The position numbers and the translations under genes were made by a program. Below are positions 1 through 9,550 of a stretch of DNA of 16,264 nt, piece by piece. The notes beneath the pieces are model-generated. The model was not told the DNA's origin. It did no database searches and was given only the letters and a program-made list of their open reading frames with translations. The DNA is from Elusimicrobiota bacterium (GTDB lineage: Bacteria > Elusimicrobiota > Elusimicrobia > UBA1565). The DNA lies in NCBI GenBank assembly GCA_043819795.1, contig JBDREN010000112.1, positions 1-16,264 of the forward strand. Reading direction: 5' to 3'. Each line of letters opens with the position of its first letter. Within the stretch, counting starts at the first letter, position 1.

Positions 1-1
1 G

Positions 2-70
2 ACGGAAGCCAAGGCCGCTAAGGAGCCTAAGGAAACCAAGGCGGCCAAGGAGACTCCGGAGGCGGCATGA
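2..70 (+). CDS. 3' end of an upstream gene, probably 30S ribosomal protein S16 with an Ala/Lys/Glu/Pro-rich tail (partial)
   Basis: Frame from base 2 reads TEAKAAKEPKETKAAKETPEAA* with TGA at 68-70 overlapping the next ATG (ATGA). Identity is inferred only from the usual rpsP-khpA-(rimM)-trmD-rplS order. Confidence 0.55.
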   Translation, partial: TEAKAAKEPKETKAAKETPEAA

Positions 71-294
71 AAGAGCTAGCGCTTTATCTCGCCAAACACC
101 TGGTGGATTCTCCAGCCAAGGTCGAGGTCAACGCGGAGGAAGACGGGGATCTTACCCGTCTGACGATGCGGGTCGCGGATGAGGACAAGGGTAAGATCAT
201 CGGCAAGCAGGGGAAGGTCATCAAGGCGATCCGAGCCGTCGTCGGCGTATCGGCCGCGAAGAGCGACCGTAGGGTGATCCTCGACCTGGAGTAG
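67..294 (+). CDS. khpA: KH-domain RNA-binding protein (KhpA/YlqC family)
   Basis: 75 aa with KH signature GKIIGKQGKVIKAIR and typical position upstream of trmD. Confidence 0.9.
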   Translation: MKELALYLAKHLVDSPAKVEVNAEEDGDLTRLTMRVADEDKGKIIGKQGKVIKAIRAVVGVSAAKSDRRVILDLE

Positions 295-295
295 G

Positions 296-994
296 ATGGC
301 CGTCAGGCGCCGGCCGCGTCTTCGGATCGACATCGTCACGCTTTTCCCGGGGATGTTCGCAGGCCCCCTCTCGGAGAGCATCGTCGAACGGGCTCGGCAG
401 CGGGGGATACTCGAGCTGGGCGTCACCACGCCGCGGGATTTCACCGAGGATCGGCACCGCACAGTGGACGACCGTCCCTACGGCGGCGGGGCCGGGATGG
501 TCCTGATGGCCGAGCCCCTCTACCGCACGATACGTAAGCTGCGGCGGCTCCGGCGGGGCTCGAAGGTGATCCTGATGTCGCCCCAGGGCCGGCGCTTCGA
601 CCAGAAGCTCGCGCGCGGGCTCTCCCGGCAAAAGCATCTGATCCTCGTTTGCGGGCACTATGAAGGCATCGACGAGCGGCTGATGGACTTCGTCGATATG
701 GAGCTTTCCATCGGGGACTACGTGCTCACGGGAGGCGAGATCCCCGCGATGGCGGTCGCGGACGCGGTGACGCGGCTGCTTCCCGGGGTCTTGGCCAAGG
801 AGGAGGCCGCGGCCCAGGAGTCGTTCTCCGAGGGGTTGCTGGATTTTCCTCAATACACGCGCCCCCGGAAGTGGCGCGGCCGGGAGGTCCCGGAGGTCCT
901 GCTCGGCGGGGACCACGCCAGGATCGCCGAGTGGCGGCGCCGGGCGGCGTTGGGGGCGACGCGCCGAAAAAGGCCCGAGCTAGTGAAAAAATAA
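296..994 (+). CDS. trmD: tRNA (guanine-N1)-methyltransferase
   Basis: Motifs TLFP, VDDRPYGGGAGM, SPQG, CGHYEGIDER, SIGDYVLTGGE, PQYTRP, VPEVLLGGDH. Confidence 0.98.
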   Translation: MAVRRRPRLRIDIVTLFPGMFAGPLSESIVERARQRGILELGVTTPRDFTEDRHRTVDDRPYGGGAGMVLMAEPLYRTIRKLRRLRRGSKVILMSPQGRRFDQKLARGLSRQKHLILVCGHYEGIDERLMDFVDMELSIGDYVLTGGEIPAMAVADAVTRLLPGVLAKEEAAAQESFSEGLLDFPQYTRPRKWRGREVPEVLLGGDHARIAEWRRRAALGATRRKRPELVKK

Positions 995-996
995 GC

Positions 997-1002
997 TATA
1001 AT
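997..1002 (+). promoter_or_regulatory. Putative -10 element (TATAAT) 8 nt upstream of the rplS ATG
   Basis: Perfect TATAAT in an AT-rich patch of a GC-rich region; no clear -35. Confidence 0.45.
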
Positions 1003-1010
1003 GAGGCGCT

Positions 1011-1460
1011 ATGGCTGGACAAGTGAAAAAGAATATCCCCGTCTTCAAATCCGGCGACACGATTCGCGTGCACGTCCGGGTCGTTGAAGGGGAGAGCGAG
1101 CGCGTCCAGGTATTCGAGGGCGTCGTGCTTCGTCGGCGCGGGGAGGGCGTTTCCGAGACCTTCACCGTCCGCAAGGTTTCCTTCGGTGTCGGCGTGGAGC
1201 GGACGTTCCCGCTGCAGTCGCCCCGCGTCGCCAATATCGATCTGGTGCGCAGGGGCCGCGCGCGTCGCGCGCGCCTCTACTTCCTGCGCGAGCTCTCCGG
1301 CAAGGCGGCGCGTCTTCCCGAAGACAAGCGGGGCAAGACCCAGGCGGCGGCGGCTCCTAAGGATGAGCCGACGTCGGATTCCGCTCAGGTCTCCGAGACG
1401 GCCGAGGACCAAGCCTCCAAGTCGGTCGAGGCCGCTCCGGCCGTGGCCTCGGATTCCTGA
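1011..1460 (+). CDS. rplS: 50S ribosomal protein L19 with acidic/Ala-rich C-terminal extension
   Basis: [55 protein letters not shown]; follows trmD. Confidence 0.97.
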   Translation: MAGQVKKNIPVFKSGDTIRVHVRVVEGESERVQVFEGVVLRRRGEGVSETFTVRKVSFGVGVERTFPLQSPRVANIDLVRRGRARRARLYFLRELSGKAARLPEDKRGKTQAAAAPKDEPTSDSAQVSETAEDQASKSVEAAPAVASDS

Positions 1461-1471
1461 ACGGCCGGGCT

Positions 1472-2122
1472 TTGCCCTCCTTCCGTTTCCATCGCTTCGA
1501 TGAGGCGCTGCGGTCCCGCTACGGGGTCGAGCGCCTCGTGGGCGTGGACGAGGCCGGACGCGGGCCGCTGGCCGGCCCCGTCGTGGCGGCCGCCGTCGTT
1601 CTCCCCCCCGATTCCTGTCCGGATCTCGAGGGCGTGCGCGATTCCAAGCGCTTGGCCCCGAGCCGGCGGGAGGCTCTCTTCCTCCGCATCCGGGCCCGCG
1701 CGGTCCGCGTCGGCGTGGGCTGGTCCCTCCCGGAAGAGATAGACGACCGGAACATCCTGCAGGCCACCTTTTTCGCGATGCGCCGGGCCCTGGCGCGCAT
1801 GTGTCCGGGAGAGCTGCGCGATCCCGCGACGCTCGTGGTCGTCGACGGGGATAAGACGATCCCGGGGCTTTCCGCGCGTCAGGAGTCCTTCGTGGCGGGC
1901 GACGACCGCTCGCTCTGCGTGGCCAGCGCCGGCATCGTCGCCAAGGTGGTTCGCGACCGCTGGATGAGGCTGCTCGACCGCCGGCACCCGGGCTACGGCT
2001 TCGGACGGCACAAGGGCTACGGCACCGCGGCGCATTTCCAGGCGCTCGAGCGCCTCGGACCGTGCGGGGCGCACCGGCGGAGCTTCCTGCGCCGGCGTCT
2101 CGAGCCGGCGGGAGCCCGATGA
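1472..2122 (+). CDS. rnhB: Ribonuclease HII
   Basis: GVDEAGRGPLAGPVVAAAV, DSKRL, VDG, ASAGIVAKVVRD, HKGYGT, HRRSF. TTG start; exact start uncertain. Confidence 0.96.
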   Translation: MPSFRFHRFDEALRSRYGVERLVGVDEAGRGPLAGPVVAAAVVLPPDSCPDLEGVRDSKRLAPSRREALFLRIRARAVRVGVGWSLPEEIDDRNILQATFFAMRRALARMCPGELRDPATLVVVDGDKTIPGLSARQESFVAGDDRSLCVASAGIVAKVVRDRWMRLLDRRHPGYGFGRHKGYGTAAHFQALERLGPCGAHRRSFLRRRLEPAGAR

Positions 2123-2484
2123 CCCTCAGGAGCCAGGCCTTGGGGCGTTCGGGCGAGCGCCGCGCCGCGCGCTTCCTCGAGGGTCTTGGCTGGCGGTTGC
2201 TCGACCGGGGCTGGCGCAGCCGCTACGGCGAGATCGACATCGTGGGGCTCGACGGGACGACCCTCGTTTTCGTGGAGGTCAAGACGCGGTCCTCGGCGCG
2301 ATTCGGGACGCCGGAGGCCGCGGTCGGGCAGGCCAAGCGGGCTCGTCTGGTGCGCTCGGCCCTCCATTACATCGAGGCCAAAGGCGACGGGGGCCGGCCA
2401 CTGCGCTTCGACGTCGTCGCTCTCGAGGGCGACGAGCTGCGGCACATCCCGGACGCGTTCCAGGCGGAGGGTTACACGCGATGA
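2119..2484 (+). CDS. yraN: YraN/UPF0102 family PD-(D/E)XK-fold protein
   Basis: LGRSGE, GEIDIV, LVFVEVKTR, RFDVV, HIPDAF. Start moved to ATG 2119, which overlaps the rnhB stop (ATGA). Confidence 0.92.
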   Translation: MTLRSQALGRSGERRAARFLEGLGWRLLDRGWRSRYGEIDIVGLDGTTLVFVEVKTRSSARFGTPEAAVGQAKRARLVRSALHYIEAKGDGGRPLRFDVVALEGDELRHIPDAFQAEGYTR

Positions 2485-2939
2485 AGTGCCCGGCGTGCGG
2501 CTTCGAGACGCCCGACGCCCAGGGCTGGTGCGATTTCTGCAAGGAGCCGTTCCGCAAGAAGGCGGCCGAGCGGGCCGGGGATCGGACGCCCGCGATCCGG
2601 GAAGCGCCCGACGTCCGCGACGCGGAGGCCGTGATAGCCGTTCCCGATCCGGTCGAGCTCAAGAAGACCGTGCCCGTGCCGCAGCACGTGCTCGAAATGC
2701 TGAAGCGCCAGCGGGCCGAGGCGACTATCCCTGAGAAGGTCGAGATCCCCCCCGAGTTCGCCGATCTCGATCCCGGCGGGCGCGTCCCCCAGGCGCCGCC
2801 GCTCGCGCGCAAGCTCGCGTGGGTGTTCCTGGGCATCTGCGTATTGTGGATCTTCGTGGCGACGATCTGGATGGTCCGCAATAAGGAACGCATCGCGGCG
2901 AGAGCCGTGTCCGGCTCCCTGCAGGGCATCAAGAGATAG
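2481..2939 (+). CDS. Hypothetical membrane protein with N-terminal zinc ribbon
   Basis: CPACG...WCDFC at the N-terminus; hydrophobic segment LAWVFLGICVLWIFVATIWMV near the C-terminus; ATGA coupling with yraN; G/C-ending codons. Confidence 0.75.
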   Translation: MKCPACGFETPDAQGWCDFCKEPFRKKAAERAGDRTPAIREAPDVRDAEAVIAVPDPVELKKTVPVPQHVLEMLKRQRAEATIPEKVEIPPEFADLDPGGRVPQAPPLARKLAWVFLGICVLWIFVATIWMVRNKERIAARAVSGSLQGIKR

Positions 2940-2945
2940 TAGGTC

Positions 2946-3935
2946 CTACCAGACGTTGCGCAGGCAGGCTTCCATGATGTGGCCGGCGGTGAGGCCGTAC
3001 TTGTCGTAGAGCTCCTCGCCCTCGCCAGACTCGCCGAAGTCGCGGGTGCCTAGCCGGACGACGGGACATCGCTCGCGCCGCCCGGCCAACGCCTCGCAGA
3101 CGGCGCTCCCCAGGCCGCCGACGATGTTGTGGTCCTCGACGGTGACGATGCGCTGGCTGCGCGCGGCGGCATAGAGGGCCGCCTCGTCGTCGAACGGCTT
3201 GATGGTCCCGGCATTGACCGCGCGGACGGCGAACCCGCGGCTGACCAGGCCTTTCGCGGCGGCGACGGCGTGGTGGACGGTCGCGCCGGTCGCGAAGACC
3301 GTCGCCTGCACGCGCGCCTTGGCCGTTCGGCGCGGCCCCACGCGCGGCTTTCGCGCGGGCTCGTAGACCGTGTCCGCGACGGAGACGCGGAACCTGTAGC
3401 CGGGCTTATGGACCGCGGGGAGCTTCTGGCGGGTCAGGCGGATGTAGACCGGCCCCTCGCGGCGGATCATCCATTCGACGGCCTGCCGGGTCTCGATCTC
3501 GTCGGCGGGCTGGAGGATCGTCAAGCGCGGCACGGCGCGCAGGGCCGCGAGGTCCTCGAGGGCCATATGGGAGGCGCCGTCCGGGCCGACGCCGAGCCCG
3601 GCGTGCGTCCCGGCCATCTTCACGTTGGCCCGGTTGTAGGCGACGGCGACCCGGATGGTCTCGAGACGGCCGCTCAAAAAACAGGCGAAACTCGTGACCA
3701 CCGGGGTCTTCCCGCAGAGGGCCAAGCCGGCGGCGACGCCGAGCATGTTGTGCTCCGCGACGCCCAGATCGAAATACCGCTCCGGGAATCTCCTCATGAA
3801 CTCGCCGGTCATGGTGGACTTCCCCAGGTCGGCGTCGAGCACGACGAGCTCGGGATGATCCTCCCCGAGCCGGGCCAGCTCTTCTCCGAACGCCTGGCGC
3901 GTGGCCTTAGGCGGCGAGGATTTCCGACACGGCAC
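2946..3935 (-). CDS. Transketolase, C-terminal (pyrimidine-binding) subunit
   Basis: ATRQAFGEEL, LDADL, GVAEHNMLGVAAGLA, GPDGASHMALED, GPVYIRL, TVEDHNIVGGLGSAV. Start reassigned to GTG 3935, 6 nt after AAGGAGGAGG; the ORF-track extension to 4157 overlaps the N-terminal subunit gene. Confidence 0.9.
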   Translation of the reverse strand: MPCRKSSPPKATRQAFGEELARLGEDHPELVVLDADLGKSTMTGEFMRRFPERYFDLGVAEHNMLGVAAGLALCGKTPVVTSFACFLSGRLETIRVAVAYNRANVKMAGTHAGLGVGPDGASHMALEDLAALRAVPRLTILQPADEIETRQAVEWMIRREGPVYIRLTRQKLPAVHKPGYRFRVSVADTVYEPARKPRVGPRRTAKARVQATVFATGATVHHAVAAAKGLVSRGFAVRAVNAGTIKPFDDEAALYAAARSQRIVTVEDHNIVGGLGSAVCEALAGRRERCPVVRLGTRDFGESGEGEELYDKYGLTAGHIMEACLRNVW

Positions 3936-4743
3936 GATCGGCCTCCTCCTTGCCCGGGGCTTTCCCGTGCCACCCCACGGCGTTCTCCATGAACGAGACG
4001 CCTTTCCCTTTGACGGTCTTGGCGACGATGGCCAGCGGGGCCGAGCGCTCCCGTCCGGCGGCCTCGAGCGCCTCGGTGATCTGGCCCAGGTCGTGTCCAT
4101 CGATCGATAGCGTCTCCCACCGGAAGGCGGCGAACTTATCGACGAGCGGGTCGACATCCATGATCTCCTTCACGGGGCCGTCGATCTGCAGCCCGTTCTG
4201 ATCGACGATGGCCGTGAGGTTGCCCAAGGCGAACTTCGGTGCCGACATGGCGGCCTCCCACACCTGGCCCTCCTGCAGCTCTCCGTCGCCGAGGATGCAC
4301 CAGACGCGGTAGTCTTTCCTGTCGAGCCTTCCGGCCAGGGCCATCCCGACGGCGATCGAGAGCCCCTGTCCGAGCGATCCGGTGGATGCCTCGAGGCCGG
4401 GCAGGCTCAGGCGGTCCGGGTGGCCTTGAAGCGGGCTGCCGAGCTTGCGCAGGGTCGCCAGCCGCTCCCTCGGGAAGTAGCCGGCGCGCGCGAGCACGGC
4501 GTAAAGGGCGGGGCAGCAGTGCCCCTTCGAGAGCACGACCCGGTCCCGGTCCGGCCAAGCCGGCTCCTGGGGCCGGTGCCGCAGGTGGCGGGAGTAGAGG
4601 GTCGCCAGGATGTCGATGATCGAGAGCGAGCCGCCCGGATGGCCGGAGCCGGCCTCCTCGATCATCCGGATGATGTCCACGCGGAGGTCCCGGGTGAGGG
4701 TCTTGAGGTCTATCGGGCGCTCGGTTTCCTTCACGGGAGGCAC
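3907..4743 (-). CDS. Transketolase, N-terminal (TPP-binding) subunit
   Basis: SGHPGGSLS, DRVVLSKGH, LQGHP, STGSLGQGLS, TPP motif GDGELQEGQVWEA...N, WHGKAP. Start may be GTG 4734. Confidence 0.95.
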   Translation of the reverse strand: MPPVKETERPIDLKTLTRDLRVDIIRMIEEAGSGHPGGSLSIIDILATLYSRHLRHRPQEPAWPDRDRVVLSKGHCCPALYAVLARAGYFPRERLATLRKLGSPLQGHPDRLSLPGLEASTGSLGQGLSIAVGMALAGRLDRKDYRVWCILGDGELQEGQVWEAAMSAPKFALGNLTAIVDQNGLQIDGPVKEIMDVDPLVDKFAAFRWETLSIDGHDLGQITEALEAAGRERSAPLAIVAKTVKGKGVSFMENAVGWHGKAPGKEEADRAVSEILAA

Positions 4744-4778
4744 ATTCTATCAATAAATGCTAAAATTACGCCAATAAA
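4744..4778. promoter_or_regulatory. Compact divergent promoter between transketolase and nucleoside phosphorylase genes
   Basis: 35-bp AT-rich spacer with TGn-TAAAAT on + (4758-4766) and TGn-TAGAAT on - (complement of 4744-4752). Confidence 0.6.
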
Positions 4779-5624
4779 ATGGGAAACGACAGCTACCTCA
4801 GGTCGGTCAAGCGCGCCGCTTCGTACATTCGTTCCTCCGCCCCCTCCTCTCGCACCCCACGCGTCGCCGTGGTGCTCGGCAGCGGGCTGGCGGGCTCGAT
4901 ACCGGACCTCAAGAAGACACGGACCATCCCGTACAAGGATATTCCCGGCTTTCCCCGGATCACGGTCAGCGGCCATAGCGGCCGGCTGCTGCTCGGCGAG
5001 CACTCCCACCGCGGCCGGCGGCTCGATGTGGCCGTCCTGGAGGGTCGGTTCCACTATTACGAGGGGCACTCGATGTCCGAGATCACGCTGCCCGTGCGAG
5101 CTCTGCGCTCGCTCGGATTGGAGACGCTCGTCTTGACCTCGGCCGTCGGCTCCATGCGCAAGGCCCTCAGGCCCGGCCACATCTGCGTGGTCAAAGACCA
5201 CATGAATTTCATGGGACAGAACCCCCTGCGCGGCCGCCATACCGCCGAGTACGGGGCGATGTTCCCCGACCTCGTCGGCGCCTATACTCCCGAGCTGCGG
5301 AAGCTCGCGCTCGCCGAGTGCCGCCGCCTGCGCATGCCGGCGCGGGAGGGCGTCTACGCGGCCGCTCCCGGGGCGTCCTACGAGACCCCCGCCGAGATCC
5401 GGGCCTACCGGCAGCTCGGGGGCGATGTCGTCGGGATGTCCGTCGTTCCCGAGGCCATCGTGGCCCGGCAGATCGGCTTGAGGCTCCTCTGTCTCAGCTG
5501 GGTCGCCAACATGGCCGCGGGGATCAGCCGGGAGGCCCTCGCTCACCACGACGTGCTGGCCCTCGGGCAGCGCATGGCGGGCCGCCTGCGGTCCCTTCTG
5601 GAATCCCTGTTCCTCCGGCTGTGA
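4779..5624 (+). CDS. punA: Purine nucleoside phosphorylase (trimeric PunA/XapA type)
   Basis: VVLGSGL, GHSGRL, GRFHYYEG, DHMN, YETPAE, VGMSVVPE, VANMAAG; the Asn suggests inosine/guanosine specificity. Confidence 0.93.
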   Translation: MGNDSYLRSVKRAASYIRSSAPSSRTPRVAVVLGSGLAGSIPDLKKTRTIPYKDIPGFPRITVSGHSGRLLLGEHSHRGRRLDVAVLEGRFHYYEGHSMSEITLPVRALRSLGLETLVLTSAVGSMRKALRPGHICVVKDHMNFMGQNPLRGRHTAEYGAMFPDLVGAYTPELRKLALAECRRLRMPAREGVYAAAPGASYETPAEIRAYRQLGGDVVGMSVVPEAIVARQIGLRLLCLSWVANMAAGISREALAHHDVLALGQRMAGRLRSLLESLFLRL

Positions 5625-5627
5625 GTC

Positions 5628-5712
5628 CGCGTCCCTCCCCCGCGGGGAGGGATGCGCAAGTGAGAGGGGGCCGAGTTCTCCCTCTCCTCGCGGGAGAGGG
5701 CTGGGGTGAGGG
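5628..5712. repeat. Intergenic REP-like palindromic element (two hairpins)
   Basis: GCGTCCCTCCCC-CGC-GGGGAGGGATGC (5629-5655) and CCCTCTCC-TCGCG-GGAGAGGG-CTGGGGTGAGGG (5680-5712). The second resembles a widespread CCCTCTCC..GGAGAGGG..GGGGTGAGGG repeat. Confidence 0.65.
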
Positions 5713-5721
5713 ATAATTGAT

Positions 5722-7032
5722 ATGCGCATGCTAGACCTCATCGCGAAGAAACGGGACGGAAGCGCCCACACCGCCGAAGAGATCGCGTTCATCGTCAACG
5801 GCGCCTCCAAGGGCGATCTCCCCGACTATCAGCTCGCGGCTTGGCTGATGGCCGTGGTCCTGCGCGGGATGACCCGGGGGGAGACCGTCGCGCTGACCGA
5901 CGCGATGGGACGCTCGGGACGGTCCCTGGACCTCTCCCGCCTGAGGGCGGCCAAGGTCGACAAGCATTCCACCGGCGGCGTCGGCGACGGCGTTTCGCTC
6001 GCGCTCGCGCCGCTCGTCGCCTCGACCGGCGTCGCGGTCCCCATGATGTCCGGGCGAGGCCTGGGGCACACGGGCGGGACGCTCGACAAGCTGGAGTCCA
6101 TCCGCAGGTTGCGCGTGAATTTATCGGTGAGCGCCGTCGAGAGGCAGGTCCGCTCGATCGGCGTATGCATGTTCGGCCAGTCCCAGGACCTGGCCCCGGC
6201 CGACCGCAAGCTCTATGCGTTGCGGGACGTCACGGGCACCGTCGCGTCCCAGCCCCTCATCGTCGGGAGCATCCTCTCGAAGAAGCTCTCCGAGAGCCTG
6301 GACGCGCTGCTGCTGGACGTGAAGTGCGGCTCGGGCGCGATCTTCCAGGAGGAGTCCGAGGCCCGGGCTCTCGCGCAGGAGCTGATCCGCACGGCGAAGT
6401 CGCTGGGGCTCAAGTGCGTGGCGGTCCTCACCGCCATGGACCAGCCTCTCGGGCGCGCTATCGGCAACGCCCTGGAGCTGCGCCAGGCCATCGATGTCCT
6501 CCACGGGGACGCCTCCTCGTCCGACTACGTCGAGGTCCTCCTGACCCTCGGCGGCTGGATGCTGCACTTGGCCGGCCGGGCCCGGAACTGGGAGGAAGGA
6601 GCCGAGCGCCTGCAGGAGCTCATTCGGGACGGCAAGGCCGCTGCGAAGTTCCGGGCGATGGTGAAGGCTCAGGGCGGCGATCCACGCGTGGCGGACCAGC
6701 CGGACCGCTTCCTGCCGCAGGCCTCTCGGAGCCTGCCGTTCCGGGTGGAGCGAGGCGGCTTCGTGGGCCGGATCGACGCGCTCGCGACGGGCCGGGCCGC
6801 GGTGGCTTTGGGGGCCGGTCGCGACCGCATCGAGGATAAGCTGGACTACGGCGCCGGGATCGTGTTCCGCAAGAAGGCCGGCGACCCGGTCCAGCCGGGC
6901 GAGGAGATCGCCCGCCTGTACGCGGACGACGCGGAGCGGCTCCGTCTTGGACACGACATTCTTTCCAAAGGCGTTCAGACCGTCCCGCGCCGGCCGAGGC
7001 GTACGCCGGTCGTTCGGCGCGTATGGAGGTGA
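5722..7032 (+). CDS. pdp: Pyrimidine-nucleoside (thymidine) phosphorylase
   Basis: IAKKRDG, PDYQLAAWLMAV, VDKHSTGGVGD, MSGRGLGHTGGTLDKLESI, PADRKLYALRDVTGTV, SILSKK, LDVKCGSGA, GAGR. Confidence 0.96.
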   Translation: MRMLDLIAKKRDGSAHTAEEIAFIVNGASKGDLPDYQLAAWLMAVVLRGMTRGETVALTDAMGRSGRSLDLSRLRAAKVDKHSTGGVGDGVSLALAPLVASTGVAVPMMSGRGLGHTGGTLDKLESIRRLRVNLSVSAVERQVRSIGVCMFGQSQDLAPADRKLYALRDVTGTVASQPLIVGSILSKKLSESLDALLLDVKCGSGAIFQEESEARALAQELIRTAKSLGLKCVAVLTAMDQPLGRAIGNALELRQAIDVLHGDASSSDYVEVLLTLGGWMLHLAGRARNWEEGAERLQELIRDGKAAAKFRAMVKAQGGDPRVADQPDRFLPQASRSLPFRVERGGFVGRIDALATGRAAVALGAGRDRIEDKLDYGAGIVFRKKAGDPVQPGEEIARLYADDAERLRLGHDILSKGVQTVPRRPRRTPVVRRVWR

Positions 7033-7040
7033 GCCGGCGC

Positions 7041-7667
7041 ATGCCTCATCGCGTGACGATCTGCGACCACCCGCTGATGCGGGATATCCTGGCACGGCTT
7101 CGGGACAAGAATACCCCTCACGAGGATTTCCGCGCCCTTTTGGCGGACGCCGGGATCATCCTGGGGCTGAAGGCCTTGGAGGACCTTAAGACGCACGCGA
7201 GCCACGTGCGCACGCCGCTGAAGACGGCCGCCGCGCAGCGGATCAGGCAGCCCGTGATCCTCGCGGCGATCCTGCGCGCGGGCGTCGGGCTCTTGCCGGG
7301 GCTGATGCGCCTTCTCCCCCGGGCGCGTGTCGGGCACATCGGCCTTTACCGCAACGAGGAGACGCTGAACCCCGTCCGGTACTACGTCCGCCTGCCGCGC
7401 GGCCTGAGCCGCAGCCTGGTGCTGCTGGCGGACCCCATGGTGGCCACCGGCGGCTCGGCCGCGGAGTCGATCCGGATCCTCAAGACGGACGGCGCCAAGC
7501 AGATCACCCTTGTCTCGCTTCTGGCCACGAAGACCGGCATCCGGCGGGTGCTCCGGGACCACCCCGACGTCCGCATCGTGACCGCCGCGGTCGATCCGGT
7601 CCTCAACGAGAACGGATACATCGTGCCCGGGCTGGGCGACGCCGGCGACCGCCTCTTCGGGACCTGA
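7041..7667 (+). CDS. upp: Uracil phosphoribosyltransferase
   Basis: [25 protein letters not shown] loop [28 protein letters not shown]. Start is ATG 7041, or GTG 7029 overlapping the pdp stop. Confidence 0.96.
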   Translation: MPHRVTICDHPLMRDILARLRDKNTPHEDFRALLADAGIILGLKALEDLKTHASHVRTPLKTAAAQRIRQPVILAAILRAGVGLLPGLMRLLPRARVGHIGLYRNEETLNPVRYYVRLPRGLSRSLVLLADPMVATGGSAAESIRILKTDGAKQITLVSLLATKTGIRRVLRDHPDVRIVTAAVDPVLNENGYIVPGLGDAGDRLFGT

Positions 7668-7684
7668 CCTCGAGGTATATCGTT

Positions 7685-9013
<1,329 letters not shown>

Positions 9014-9019
9014 GTCGCA

Positions 9020-9199
9020 CCCTTCGCTGCGCTCAGGGCCTGAAGGCCCGCGCGAGAGAGGTTTCGTGCTCGCGCGGGTGCTCCCCCTGGGGGCTGCCGC
9101 CCCCTCGGGCCCGCAAGACCCTCCGGGCCTTGCGGGTCACCCCCACTAAGGTCGGCGGGCCATGCCGCCGGCCTTATAGGTCCCGGCTTTCTTGGCCGG
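9020..9199. other. Cluster of tandem GC-rich hairpins (REP-like or structured RNA candidate)
   Basis: Stems at 9047-9056/9069-9078, 9108-9117/9129-9138, 9147-9158/9165-9176 and 9183-9187/9195-9199, preceded by CCCTTCGCTGCGCTCAGGG (9020-9038). Confidence 0.5.
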
Positions 9200-9201
9200 T
9201 A

Positions 9202-9232
9202 AACGAACAGCCCCCGGGAGGGGGCTGTTGTT
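9202..9232. terminator. Intrinsic terminator between convergent asnS and the peptide gene, possibly bidirectional
   Basis: Perfect 10-bp stem AACAGCCCCC-GGGA-GGGGGCTGTT (9206-9229). Tail TTCGTTT on - and TTGTT on +. Confidence 0.7.
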
Positions 9233-9257
9233 GGGTGGTCGTATGCGTCTTAAAGGG

Positions 9258-9503
9258 CTATATCTGCGGGCTCGCTTCGCCGCAGCTATTGGGCCATACG
9301 CAGGGGCGGACCTTCACGAGGACCGGCAGGGGGCGCGCTGAGTCGCCGCACGTGTTCGGCCAGATGCAGGGGCGGACCGCGGCGGTCTGGATCATCGTCT
9401 GCGAGCTGCACTTGTTGGGAAAGATGCACGGCTTGAATTGGGCGGTCTGCGTTTCCGCCTGAAAGACCGAGGTGAGGGAGAGCATCAAAACCAGTTCGAG
9501 CAT
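9258..9503 (-). CDS. Small, probably exported peptide with three Cys-pair repeats PC(I/V)(F/W)PNxC
   Basis: 81 aa; GGAGG 10 nt before ATG; hydrophobic N-terminus; repeats FKPCIFPNKCS, VRPCIWPNTCG, VRPCVWPNSCG; own -10 upstream and terminator downstream. Confidence 0.8.
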   Translation of the reverse strand: MLELVLMLSLTSVFQAETQTAQFKPCIFPNKCSSQTMIQTAAVRPCIWPNTCGDSARPLPVLVKVRPCVWPNSCGEASPQI

Positions 9504-9550
9504 ACTTCCGTGTCCTCCGTACGGCTTCTCCTTCCTTATCCGACAGGACC

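Noticed and set aside
1320..1460. Low-complexity tails on L19 and the putative S16
   Set aside because: Such extensions are common in several phyla and show no distinctive motif here.
3936..4157. Extension of the transketolase C-subunit, or a frameshifted single transketolase
   Set aside because: A strong SD and GTG at 3935 support a normal two-gene transketolase, which is a common arrangement.
9279..9437. CRISPR-like repeat-spacer reading of the three repeats
   Set aside because: Repeats are degenerate in DNA but conserved in protein, stay in frame, and no cas genes are present.
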